Shown here: positions 23,501 to 32,000 of the stretch, one piece after another
How positions within the stretch are numbered: the stretch's first letter is position 1
Layout of the letters: every line of letters begins with the position of its first letter
NCBI GenBank assembly: GCA_963676515.1
Contig: OY781061.1
Span: 1 to 32,000 of the forward strand
Origin: Candidatus Cloacimonadota bacterium
GTDB taxonomy: Bacteria; Cloacimonadota; Cloacimonadia; G963667145
DNA length: 32,000 bases
Reading direction: 5' to 3'
Position numbers and translations under genes: made by a program
The notes under the pieces: model-generated
What the model was told of the DNA's origin: nothing
What the model saw: only the letters and a program-made list of their open reading frames with translations
The model's database searches: none

Positions 23501-23596
23501 ATGCCTTGTGGAAGAAAAAGAAAAAGAAATAAAATAAGTACTCACAAAAGAAAAAAAAGACTTCGTAAAGATAGACACAAAAAGAAAAATAAATAG
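23501..23596 (+). CDS. 31-aa AURKAIP1/COX24-domain-like basic protein (probable small ribosome-associated protein), absent from the ORF track
   Basis: ATG at 23501 with RBS AGGAG reads MPCGRKRKRNKISTHKRKKRLRKDRHKKKNK*; resembles the short bacterial AURKAIP1/COX24-domain proteins (MPSGKKRKRHKxxTHKRKKRLRKNRHKKK type). Confidence 0.88.
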   Translation: MPCGRKRKRNKISTHKRKKRLRKDRHKKKNK

Positions 23597-23606
23597 TAAT
23601 AGATAA

Positions 23607-23644
23607 GCTCCTTAGTTTTTATCAAGCTAGGGAGCGTTTTTTTA
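23607..23644 (+). terminator. Intrinsic terminator
   Basis: GCTCCTTAG-N11-CTAGGGAGC then G + T run; abuts the next CDS start. Confidence 0.85.
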
Positions 23645-24417
23645 TGAAAAAGAGTATTTTAACACTAGCAAATATTTTATTTTTTGGTAGTGCTTTTTGT
23701 TTTTTAGTCCCAGAAAAACTCACTTTCTCTCTTGAGTATGGTTTGATTACTGCTGGCGAGGCAACTTTGAGCATTAGTGAAGACTCTTATAGCGATTTTC
23801 TGTTTAACAATGGGGACACTATTAGTGTCTATAAAATTGTGTCTACAGCCAAGACTAACGATTTTTTTGATGTTTTTTATAAGGTGCGTGATACGATAGT
23901 TTCGATCTGGGGACAAGAAAAAAAGCTTCCCTTGGAGTTTAGCAAAGAGCTAAGCGAAGGGAGTTATAAGCAGAAAAGAACTCATTATTATTTCCATGAC
24001 AAAAAATTAAGCTTGTACAAAAAATACGATTTCAAAAAAAAAAAGTATAAAGACAAAATGATGAAGATTTCTAAAGAGACTCAAGATATACTTTCTTGTT
24101 TTTATCTGACAAGGTTACAAGATTTTGAAAGCCATCTTTTGACTAAAAAACCTTTCTATATAAATGTTGCTGCGGATGGAGACAATTACATTGCCAAAGC
24201 TATTTTTTTGGGAAAAAAGAGTATTTATTCTCCGCTATATGATGAAGATATCGAATGTTACAAGGTTCGTCCTATTTTAGCCAGTAACGCTTTATTCAAA
24301 AATGAGGGAAAAATATTTATCTACATGACAGCAGATGAGCGAAAATTGCCTATTTTGTTAGAAAGCGAGTGTATATTTGGCAAGTTTAAAGCTGTTTTGC
24401 GAAAGGTGGAACAATAA
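23644..24417 (+). CDS. DUF3108 domain-containing protein with signal peptide
   Basis: N-terminal hydrophobic segment, EKLTFSLEYGLITAGEATLSI...DTISVYKIVSTAKTNDFFDVFYKVRDTIVSI typical of DUF3108. Confidence 0.75.
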   Translation: MKKSILTLANILFFGSAFCFLVPEKLTFSLEYGLITAGEATLSISEDSYSDFLFNNGDTISVYKIVSTAKTNDFFDVFYKVRDTIVSIWGQEKKLPLEFSKELSEGSYKQKRTHYYFHDKKLSLYKKYDFKKKKYKDKMMKISKETQDILSCFYLTRLQDFESHLLTKKPFYINVAADGDNYIAKAIFLGKKSIYSPLYDEDIECYKVRPILASNALFKNEGKIFIYMTADERKLPILLESECIFGKFKAVLRKVEQ

Positions 24418-24449
24418 ATTATCTAAGCACTAAAAGTTATTACTTTGAT

Positions 24450-25451
24450 TTGCCTGAAACACAAATAGCCCAAAATCCTCCCGAAGTAAGAGGGCAGAGC
24501 AGGTTAATGTTTCTAGACAAAAACAGTGGTAACTGCCAAGATTTGCAGTTTTCCCAAATCGATAAATTTTTCTGTGCTGGAGATTTGTTGGTACTAAACC
24601 AAAGCAAGGTGATCCCAGCCCGCCTTTTTGGCAAGAAGACAACAGGAGCTTCTATCGAACTTTTTTTATTGAAAGAGCTAAAGGGTGATGTCTGGCAATG
24701 CCTGCTGCGACCTGCTTCCCGATTAAAAGTCGGGCACATGGTGCTTTTGGATGAGGGATTAAAAGCAGAAGTACTTAGTAAAGATGGGCAGGTAAACACC
24801 GTGAAATTTTTTGCTCCTGACAACCAAAATGTAAGGCTCTGGATAGACAAGGTGGGTAAGATGCCACTGCCTCCGTATATCAAAAGGAATGCCAAGGAAA
24901 GCGACAAAACAAGATACCAAACAATTTATGCTAAAGAGGATGGCTCCGTAGCCGCACCCACTGCTGGTTTGCACTTTACTCAAGAGATGTTAGAGAAGCT
25001 CGAGGAGAAAGGCGTAAAAATAGCTTTCGTTACTTTGCATGTAGGTCTTGGAACTTTTTTACCCGTCAGTACTAGCAATATCTTGGAACATAGGATGCAC
25101 AGCGAATTTTGCAAGATAGATGATCAGAGTGCTACACTAATAAACGAAACAAAGAAAAAGGGTAACAGAGTAATAGCCGTAGGCTCCACATCTGTGCGAA
25201 CTTTGGAAAGTTTCGCTGTAACTGAAGGGAAAGTTGACTCTGGATATAAAGATACAGATATTTTTTTGTATCCAGGCAAAAAGTTTCAGATTATAGATGG
25301 ATTGATTACCAATTTTCACCTGCCAGAATCAACCTTAATTATGATGGTGGCTGGTTTTGCAGGCTATGAGAACACTCTTAACGCTTACAAAAGTGCGGTA
25401 AAAAAAAAGTATAGATTTTTTAGCTATGGTGATGCCATGCTGATATTATGA
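24450..25451 (+). CDS. queA: S-adenosylmethionine:tRNA ribosyltransferase-isomerase
   Basis: PETQIAQNPPEVRGQSRLM...LVLNQSKVIPARLFG...TVAAPTAGLHFT...HVGLGTFLPV...VGTSVRTLE...NFHLPESTLIMMV. The TTG start at 24450 truncates the family N-terminus; true start may be ATA at 24414. Confidence 0.95.
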   Translation: MPETQIAQNPPEVRGQSRLMFLDKNSGNCQDLQFSQIDKFFCAGDLLVLNQSKVIPARLFGKKTTGASIELFLLKELKGDVWQCLLRPASRLKVGHMVLLDEGLKAEVLSKDGQVNTVKFFAPDNQNVRLWIDKVGKMPLPPYIKRNAKESDKTRYQTIYAKEDGSVAAPTAGLHFTQEMLEKLEEKGVKIAFVTLHVGLGTFLPVSTSNILEHRMHSEFCKIDDQSATLINETKKKGNRVIAVGSTSVRTLESFAVTEGKVDSGYKDTDIFLYPGKKFQIIDGLITNFHLPESTLIMMVAGFAGYENTLNAYKSAVKKKYRFFSYGDAMLIL

Positions 25452-28183
25452 ATAAGTTCTCAGATAGTCATCCGTTTTGGGTCGCCAAGATGCAAGACTC
25501 TATTGACTTGCTGGGCAAACCCATTGCTATAACTGTTTTTTTTTGGAATAAAGGTAAAGTAAGCAAAAAGAAAAAATTCCTGCTAGCTACTCAAAAAATT
25601 GAAGACTTTAATAAAATTCCGTTCGACAAATTGCCTACGACCAGTCAAATAAATAAAGCTTGCCAAGAGATAAAAGATATTTGTGAAGATTGTCCACTAT
25701 ATGTTTTTGCCGATTTGGGATTAAAAGAGTTTTTAGAAGAAAAGTGTTTTATCAATTTTTTGCTGTTTTCTAAAGCTGTGTTCCCTTTTTTGAGTTCTCA
25801 TACTTTGTTCTCATTGGCAGAGAGGTTTGAAGTAAAAGAAAAAGTTGCCAAAGAGGATAAAAATCACTTTGCCTTGCTAGCTGGTCTTGTGATGGCTACA
25901 CTCGATTATATCCAAGAAAAATTCCCCCCTGAGCTGTGTAGATATATGGGTGAAATTGGCACAGAGGCTAAGATCCCAGGGGCAGAGCTTTTTCAGCAAA
26001 TGTCTAATTTTTTGATCTCACAAAGCGTACTAAGCAGCTTTAGTCTCAAAAAATATCAGAAAGATGTGAACTATTTTGAACATATTGTTGAAGAAGAAAA
26101 AAGTTTTACCTTAGAAAGCATTTTCAAAAAAGGTGGGGTACTCAGCAAAAAATTTTCTCAATATCAAACTAGAAAACCGCAAATACAAATGGCAAAAAAT
26201 GTGCTGAACGCTTTTAAGAAAAAACAAGTATTGCTAGCTGAAGCTGGTACTGGCACGGGTAAGTCTTTAGCTTATTTAGCACCATCTTTGATTTATGCTC
26301 GTAGCTCAGGTAAGCAAGTGGTAGTCTCTACTAATACGATCAACCTACAAAAACAATTGATGAAAAAAGATGTGCCATTATTGATGGGCAGCCTGCCTCT
26401 TAGTTTTAGAGTTGCTTTGCTCAAAGGCAGAGGGAACTATCTCTGTTTGCAGAAGTTCAATCAGATAAAAAACGACCATTTCGAGCTCGGGCAAAAAGAG
26501 CTTTCTCAACTGTTTTTGATGTTACCATGGGCATGGTTCACCGCCACAGGTGACATTAGTTATCACAGCGGATTCAGCACAAATCTACGGATATGGAGTA
26601 GAGTGTGCAGTGACTCTAATTTTTGCCTGAAAAGAAAATGTTCTTATTTCAAAGATTGCTTTTTGTACAAGGCCAGAGCCCAAGCTACTAAAAGCGATGT
26701 AGCGATAATTAACCATTCACTTTTATTAACAGAATTATTGAATGAGATGCCCACTCTCACTCAAGCAGAGTGCATAGTGGTGGACGAGGCTCACAATCTA
26801 CACAATATCGCCTTGTCTTACTTAGGTCCACAAGTCAGCTACAACCAGATAAGTAAATTTTGGGATTCTCTTTATAGTAGCAAAAGTCGCTTTCAGAAAG
26901 GGTTTATTACCTTGCTAAAATCTAAACTGTCTGCTTCCAAAATCTCGGCAGAAGATAAAAAATTGCTAAATAAAGTTGTAAAAGATTTAACTAAGAAAGC
27001 AAGAGACAACAGCTCTGCGCAAGATCTTTATAGTAAGATTTTTGCCTTTTTTAGTGAAAAATCCAGTTATGGCAAACTTAGAGTCAAAAAATCGCTTTGT
27101 GATCTTGAGTTGCAAATTTTGGTAAAGGATTTACAAAGTTTGCACAGCGATTTGAATTTTTTGGCTAATTTGCTGGAACAACAAGACAATGCACTTTTCG
27201 TAGATTACGATATGATTACAGATCAACTAAAGAAAATAAAAGAGAGCACTGAAAGCTTTTTGAGTTTTTTTTCGACTTTACTGAAGCCAGACTGGGAAAA
27301 CTATTGTTTGTGGCTAAACGGTGGAGAAAATTTCTACTCGCTTTGTATAAACTACACGCCTATTCAGATTGGGGAGAAGCTTAAGGAAATCTTTTACGAC
27401 CGCATAGATTCGCTGGTTTTTTGCTCTGCTACCATTGCCCTGCGAGGCAAATTCAAATTTTTCGAAAACAGAATGGGCTTAGATTTGTTAGAAAACCAAG
27501 AAAGAGTAAAAAAACAGACCGTAGAATCACCATTTGATTATAAAAAACAAAGTAAAGTTTTTGTGCCTAAAGGATTACAACAACCAGGGACAGAGCTAGG
27601 CAGAGAAGAAATTTTGGGTAACATATTGGCTGTACTCCAAGAGAACCAAGTGGGATGTTTAATCCTTTTTACCTCTTTGTTCGATGTCAAAAAAGCACGC
27701 GATTTTTTGCTAAACAAACTTAAAAATAGGCTTATTTTGGCTCAAGATGGCTCGAAAAGTAGAGAATCTTTGCTGGAAGAGTTTAGCAAAGAAAAAACAA
27801 GTATATTGCTAGCGACTAGCTCTTTTTGGGAAGGAGTGGATGTTCCTGGACACGCTCTGCAACTTCTCATACTGTATAAGTTGCCTTTCGCCGTGCCGAG
27901 TGATCCTTTAGTAGAAGCTAGCTTGGAGTTCTTGCAAAAACACAATAAAAACTCTTTTATGCATTATATGCTACCCATGGCTTTGCTAAAGTACAAACAA
28001 GGATTTGGACGACTAATCCGCTCACAAGAAGATTATGGAATCCTAATCAGCTATGACAATAGGATTTTTACCAAGAAATATGGGGAGTATTTTAGTTTGA
28101 TTTTGCCGACGGACTCCAATTTTATTGACCATAAAGATTTACCTAGCAAAGTTAAAGATGTTTTACAAGAGCAAGCCAAATGA
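25448..28183 (+). CDS. dinG: DinG-family ATP-dependent helicase with degenerate exonuclease-like N-terminus
   Basis: AEAGTGTGKSLAYLAPSL, four-Cys cluster CSDSNFCLKRKCSYFKDC, VVDEAHN, VFCSATIAL, GSFWEGVD-type (SSFWEGVDVPG), KQGFGRLIRS. Overlaps queA by 4 bp. Confidence 0.9.
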   Translation: MNKFSDSHPFWVAKMQDSIDLLGKPIAITVFFWNKGKVSKKKKFLLATQKIEDFNKIPFDKLPTTSQINKACQEIKDICEDCPLYVFADLGLKEFLEEKCFINFLLFSKAVFPFLSSHTLFSLAERFEVKEKVAKEDKNHFALLAGLVMATLDYIQEKFPPELCRYMGEIGTEAKIPGAELFQQMSNFLISQSVLSSFSLKKYQKDVNYFEHIVEEEKSFTLESIFKKGGVLSKKFSQYQTRKPQIQMAKNVLNAFKKKQVLLAEAGTGTGKSLAYLAPSLIYARSSGKQVVVSTNTINLQKQLMKKDVPLLMGSLPLSFRVALLKGRGNYLCLQKFNQIKNDHFELGQKELSQLFLMLPWAWFTATGDISYHSGFSTNLRIWSRVCSDSNFCLKRKCSYFKDCFLYKARAQATKSDVAIINHSLLLTELLNEMPTLTQAECIVVDEAHNLHNIALSYLGPQVSYNQISKFWDSLYSSKSRFQKGFITLLKSKLSASKISAEDKKLLNKVVKDLTKKARDNSSAQDLYSKIFAFFSEKSSYGKLRVKKSLCDLELQILVKDLQSLHSDLNFLANLLEQQDNALFVDYDMITDQLKKIKESTESFLSFFSTLLKPDWENYCLWLNGGENFYSLCINYTPIQIGEKLKEIFYDRIDSLVFCSATIALRGKFKFFENRMGLDLLENQERVKKQTVESPFDYKKQSKVFVPKGLQQPGTELGREEILGNILAVLQENQVGCLILFTSLFDVKKARDFLLNKLKNRLILAQDGSKSRESLLEEFSKEKTSILLATSSFWEGVDVPGHALQLLILYKLPFAVPSDPLVEASLEFLQKHNKNSFMHYMLPMALLKYKQGFGRLIRSQEDYGILISYDNRIFTKKYGEYFSLILPTDSNFIDHKDLPSKVKDVLQEQAK

Positions 28184-28917
28184 GAAGGCTTAAACTAGTT
28201 CTAGAGTACGACGGGACAAACTATGTGGGAATGCAAAAACAGCTCAACGGTTTATCTATTCAAGAATTGGTGGAAAAGGCACTCGCTAAAATTTGCAAAG
28301 AGGAGATACAGATAACTCCTAGTGGGCGTACGGACGCTGGGGTTCATGCTCTTTATCAACCTGTGCACACAGACTTTCCTGTTGATTCCATTTCCCTTCA
28401 AAATCTGCAAAAAGCTCTGAACAGTTTATTTCCGCTAGACATAAGGGTACTCGGAATTTCTCAAGTGTCAAAAGATTTCCATGCTCGTTACGATGCCAAA
28501 ATAAGAACTTATCACTACAAAATTTGCAAAACAAAGACAGCCTTTAACCACAGATATTTTTCGCATTTCCCTTATTACGATTTGGACGGCAAACTTTTTC
28601 AACCTTATTTACAAAAGCTATTAGGAGAACATAGCTTTGTAAATTTTTGCAAAAAAAATCTCAATCTAAAGCATCATCGATGCACCATCTACAAAGCCGA
28701 TATAGAGAAAACAGATTACGGGTGGCTAATAGAGATATCAGGGAACAGATTTTTGCACAATATGATCAGACGAATCGTGGGAACTTGTTTAGTACTCTCT
28801 CTCGAAAAAGCCAAGCCAGAAAAAATTTCTAAGTTTCTGCTAGAAGAAGATATTCCTTCAAAATACAAATTCACCGCACCTGCTCAGGGGTTGTATTTGC
28901 AAGATGTCCAATATTGA
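28180..28917 (+). CDS. truA: tRNA pseudouridine synthase A
   Basis: LEYDGTNYVGMQKQ...GRTDAGVHALYQPVHTDF...FLHNMIRRIVG; overlaps the dinG-like gene by 4 bp. Confidence 0.96.
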   Translation: MRRLKLVLEYDGTNYVGMQKQLNGLSIQELVEKALAKICKEEIQITPSGRTDAGVHALYQPVHTDFPVDSISLQNLQKALNSLFPLDIRVLGISQVSKDFHARYDAKIRTYHYKICKTKTAFNHRYFSHFPYYDLDGKLFQPYLQKLLGEHSFVNFCKKNLNLKHHRCTIYKADIEKTDYGWLIEISGNRFLHNMIRRIVGTCLVLSLEKAKPEKISKFLLEEDIPSKYKFTAPAQGLYLQDVQY

Positions 28918-29111
28918 ATAATGAGACGAAATCATTCTTAAATATTGGGGTTAAAATTTTAAGCAAAAAAGAGCCAATTTTTAGCTAATCCAGCACTTTT
29001 TAGATATAAAAAAGAAACTTGACACCAACCTTCAAATTGAGCTTTTTGTCCAAAATACAATTTTTCAGTTTCCCTTGTGTGGATGACTGATTTTAGAGAA
29101 AAGGTCAATAA

Positions 29112-30044
29112 ATGAATAAAGTAAAAGTTTTTGCTCCTGCCACTGTAGCCAACTTGTGTTCAGGTTATGACTTATTGGGCTTAGCTATAGATTTTCCTGG
29201 TGATGAGATAGTGCTGACTGCTAAAAAAGAGCCGGGGTTGGTGATAACCAAAATAGAGGGAGATGAGGGCAAATTGCCTTACGACCCCAAGAAAAACTGT
29301 GCTACGGTAGCGATGCAAGCTTACTTAGATTTTATGAATTCGCAAGAAGGGTTTGAAGTCGAGATTTACAAGAAAATGCCTATTGGTAGTGGACTTGGTT
29401 CCTCTTCGGCATCATCCGCAGCGGGAGTTTTTGCGGTCAATTACTTGCTAGGAGAGCCATTGAAAAGAGAAGAGCTAGTACAATTTGCTATTCAAGGCGA
29501 AAAAGTTGCTTGCGGCAGCGCACATGCGGACAATGTTGCCCCATCTTTGCTGGGAGGTATGATCTGCGTGAACTCTTACGACCCTTTGCACATTGAGCGA
29601 ATTAAGCTAGGACTCAACTTTTTTGTGGGAGTTGTGCATCCTGATATAGAGATAAAAACTGCGGACGCTAGAGCAGTCTTACCCAAGACGGTGCTGATCG
29701 CACAAGTGGTAAAACAAACGGGCTATCTTTCTTCTTTACTGCTAGGTCTTAGTCAAGGTGATGAGCAGATGATTAGCTTTGGATTGCAAGATAGCTTGGC
29801 AGAGCCATATAGAGCAGAGCTAATCCCAGGATTTTTGCAGGTTAAAAAGCTAGCCAAGGATTTAGGAGCTTTAGGATGCGGGATATCGGGCTCAGGACCA
29901 TCTATTTTTGTAGTTACGCAAAAGAAAGAGTTAGCTCAAGAAATTTGTAATAAGATAGCCGATATTTTTAAAAGCAGAAATATAAAAAGCGATACTTATT
30001 GCTCTGGCATAAACAAAGAAGGTGCTAAGGTAATATCTACCTAG
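29112..30044 (+). CDS. thrB: Homoserine kinase (GHMP family)
   Basis: VFAPATVANLCSGYDLLGLAID, MPIGSGLGSSSASSAAG, GSAHADNVAPSLLGG, GCGISGSGPSIF. Confidence 0.93.
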   Translation: MNKVKVFAPATVANLCSGYDLLGLAIDFPGDEIVLTAKKEPGLVITKIEGDEGKLPYDPKKNCATVAMQAYLDFMNSQEGFEVEIYKKMPIGSGLGSSSASSAAGVFAVNYLLGEPLKREELVQFAIQGEKVACGSAHADNVAPSLLGGMICVNSYDPLHIERIKLGLNFFVGVVHPDIEIKTADARAVLPKTVLIAQVVKQTGYLSSLLLGLSQGDEQMISFGLQDSLAEPYRAELIPGFLQVKKLAKDLGALGCGISGSGPSIFVVTQKKELAQEICNKIADIFKSRNIKSDTYCSGINKEGAKVIST

Positions 30045-30078
30045 TGTTTTAATTTTGATAGATAAAAAGGATTTTTTT

Positions 30079-30561
30079 ATGGATAAGTCTAAAGAAATTT
30101 TCCCAAAAGAGAAACGCAAGTTTCAATTTTACGAGAAGTTAAGAGAAAAATATAGTACAAGAAGAAACTCTAAATCTGAGCTGAAAAATATCAGTGATTA
30201 CCTTTTTCTTTTGCCCGATATTTTTATTTTGGTAAGTAGATTGGCTCTTGAAAAGAGATTATCAGTTGCAAATAAATTTTTTATGTCTGCTGTAGCGGCT
30301 TATTTTGTTCTGCCAATAGATATTATTCCCGATTTTATCCCCATTATTGGATTTCTGGACGATTTTATGGTAGCTATTTTTGCTTTTGATCGTCTGTTTA
30401 AAGAGGTAGACAACAAGATTATTTTGGATAACTGGAGCGGAGAAGAGGATATGCTAGAAATAACCAAAAGGGTGGTAGATATGGCAAACAAACAAGTTTC
30501 TGGTAAAATATTAGGGAAAATAAAAAATTTAGTAAACTCCAAAGGAGAAAAAAGTGAATAA
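30079..30561 (+). CDS. YkvA/DUF1232 domain-containing membrane protein (track start TTG 30055)
   Basis: YFVLPIDIIPDFIPIIGFLDDFMVAIFAFDRL is the DUF1232 signature; ATG 30079 preceded by AAAAAGGA. Confidence 0.85.
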   Translation: MDKSKEIFPKEKRKFQFYEKLREKYSTRRNSKSELKNISDYLFLLPDIFILVSRLALEKRLSVANKFFMSAVAAYFVLPIDIIPDFIPIIGFLDDFMVAIFAFDRLFKEVDNKIILDNWSGEEDMLEITKRVVDMANKQVSGKILGKIKNLVNSKGEKSE

Positions 30562-31363
30562 GAAATTAGTTTGGGCTTTAATATCGATAGTTATTGCCGC
30601 TATCCTTATTTTTTCAGGGATAAAAATTTATTACAAAGTTAACCAAAAAGAGTGGTTAGCGATCGCAGGGAAAGCTACGAGTCAAGGAATGGAATTTCAA
30701 AACAAAGCAAAAATAAAAGAGGCTATAGTTGAATACGAAAAAGCTTTAGTTTATTATGGGCGTACGGTTGAAGATGACAATCAACTTTATATTGTTCTAT
30801 TTAACAATTTGGCTGGAGCTTATGGAGCAGATAAACAGTACGAAAAAGCAAAAAATTACTACGAAAAAGCTCTGGGACTTTATAAAAAACATAACGGGGA
30901 AAGACCTAGTGCTGTTTTTGCAAGTTTTTACAACAATATGGGCGGAGTTTATTTGGAAGAGAAAAAGTATCGTCTAGCGGGAGCAAACTTATTAAAATCT
31001 TTGGAAATCTTGAAAAGTTTACCTAAGAAAAGTAGGGACGATTTCGCCAGAATGGCAGCGTCTTTGACCAACTTGGGAGAGATATATAGAGACAATGCTG
31101 ATTTTTCCAATGCGATTAAATATTTCGGACAAGCTCTGCAGATAGATACGCAAAATATGGGAGAAGAAAGCATCGTAACTGCCGTGGATTACAACAATTT
31201 AGGGCTTGCCTATATGAACAACAAAGAGTATAAAAAATCTTTGAAAAATTACAAAAGTGCCTTGAAAATAGTGAAAAAACTAAATCCCAAGGATTTGAAT
31301 GTAAAAGTTCTGGAAAGCAATATTGAATATTTAAACAAGAAAATTGCTGAGGGAAAGAAGTAA
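30554..31363 (+). CDS. Tetratricopeptide repeat protein with N-terminal membrane anchor
   Basis: N-terminal TM; repeated A-x3-Y-x2-A-L TPR motifs (KQYEKAKNYYEKALGLYKKH, SNAIKYFGQALQI, KKSLKNYKSALKIVKKL). Confidence 0.85.
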   Translation: MNKKLVWALISIVIAAILIFSGIKIYYKVNQKEWLAIAGKATSQGMEFQNKAKIKEAIVEYEKALVYYGRTVEDDNQLYIVLFNNLAGAYGADKQYEKAKNYYEKALGLYKKHNGERPSAVFASFYNNMGGVYLEEKKYRLAGANLLKSLEILKSLPKKSRDDFARMAASLTNLGEIYRDNADFSNAIKYFGQALQIDTQNMGEESIVTAVDYNNLGLAYMNNKEYKKSLKNYKSALKIVKKLNPKDLNVKVLESNIEYLNKKIAEGKK

Positions 31364-31366
31364 ATT

Positions 31367-31963
31367 GTGAAAAAAAGTTTCTTAATAGCATCAGGCAATA
31401 AACATAAAATCCAAGAGATTCAAAAGATTTTGTTCGCTTCTGACTGGGAAGTTTTGTCAGGATTAGATTTAAATTTGCCCGAAGTGGAAGAAGACCAAGA
31501 CAGTTTGGAGGGTAACTCTCTAAAAAAAGCAAAAACTGTGGCTCTTGCTACGGGGGAAGCCACTATCGCCGACGATACGGGGTTATTTGTGGAAGCGCTG
31601 GAAGGTAGACCGGGCATCTATGCAGCTAGGTACGCTGGTGAGAGATGTAATTTTGCAGATAATAGGAAGAAGCTACTGGCTGAGCTAAAAGATGTCCAAA
31701 CTCGCAACGCTTACTTTGCTACAGTTATTACTTTTTGTAATCCTAAAGGCGAAAAGATTTGTTCGTGCCAAGGAGTTATGAAAGGAGAGATTGCTATCAA
31801 AGAGGTAGGCAATCGTGGCTTTGGCTATGACAATATTTTTGTTCCGCAAGGTTACACAAAAACTTTGGGAGAGATGAGCGAAGAGATTAAAAACGAAATA
31901 AGCCATAGAGGCAAAGCTTTGAAAAAAATCTTTCCAGAGATTAAAAAATATTTTAAGCAATAG
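31367..31963 (+). CDS. rdgB: RdgB/HAM1 non-canonical purine NTP pyrophosphatase
   Basis: IASGNKHKIQEIQKIL, LEGNSLKKAKTVALATGEATIADDTGLFVEALEGRPGIYAARYAG, GFGYDNIFVPQGY, SHRGKAL; GTG start. Confidence 0.95.
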   Translation: MKKSFLIASGNKHKIQEIQKILFASDWEVLSGLDLNLPEVEEDQDSLEGNSLKKAKTVALATGEATIADDTGLFVEALEGRPGIYAARYAGERCNFADNRKKLLAELKDVQTRNAYFATVITFCNPKGEKICSCQGVMKGEIAIKEVGNRGFGYDNIFVPQGYTKTLGEMSEEIKNEISHRGKALKKIFPEIKKYFKQ

Positions 31964-31972
31964 GGATAAACA

Positions 31973-32000
31973 ATGAACAAAGAAATTTTTCGACAATACG
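31973..32000 (+). CDS. Start of a probable phosphomannomutase/phosphoglucomutase (truncated by right edge)
   Basis: ATGAACAAAGAAATTTTTCGACAATACG = MNKEIFRQY(D?), matching the N-terminus 'MxxxIFRxYDIRG' of alpha-D-phosphohexomutases; too short for certainty. Confidence 0.5.

Noticed and set aside
24430-24983. Minus-strand ORFs 24430-24642, 24440-24907 and 24759-24983
   Set aside because: Antisense to queA coding sequence; compositionally like shadow ORFs.

Overview
This is mostly a dense, housekeeping-type chromosomal segment from a diderm (LPS-making) bacterium, with about 27 protein genes, two tRNAs (Glu-CTC, Lys-CTT) and several intrinsic terminators. I found no CRISPR array, prophage, toxin/antitoxin or recognisable defence island. 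Genes in order: gdhA (partial), PPC-domain protein, phosphoglucose/phosphomannose isomerase, rseP, obgE, dprA, aroK, metK, DbpA/CsdA-type DEAD-box helicase, hisF, kdsA, hslO, ilvE, LysM lipoprotein, tRNA-Glu, tRNA-Lys, groEL, ddl, DUF554, oadG-oadA-oadB, ptb-like, HU, a 31-aa AURKAIP1/COX24-like basic protein missing from the ORF track, DUF3108, queA, dinG-like helicase, truA, thrB, YkvA/DUF1232, TPR protein, rdgB, and a probable phosphohexomutase start at the right edge. The signals most worth following up are non-coding or hidden: (1) a SAM-II-like riboswitch in the metK leader (8573-8628, minus), with its Shine-Dalgarno inside the predicted pseudoknot; (2) a recurring promoter layout TTG(AC)-N18-[T/A]nnnnTTG with a Bacteroidetes-like '-7' box; (3) a 1.2 kb intergenic cluster (about 811-1974) of several palindromic/interspersed repeat families, including a roughly 200-bp MITE-like unit; (4) the missed 31-aa gene at 23501; (5) a queA whose family N-terminus extends upstream of any canonical start, suggesting an AUA start; (6) a degenerate CIRCE element before a groEL with no groES beside it; (7) an apparently catalytically dead exonuclease-like domain on a DinG-type helicase. 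The lineage is probably FCB-like, but that is inference only.
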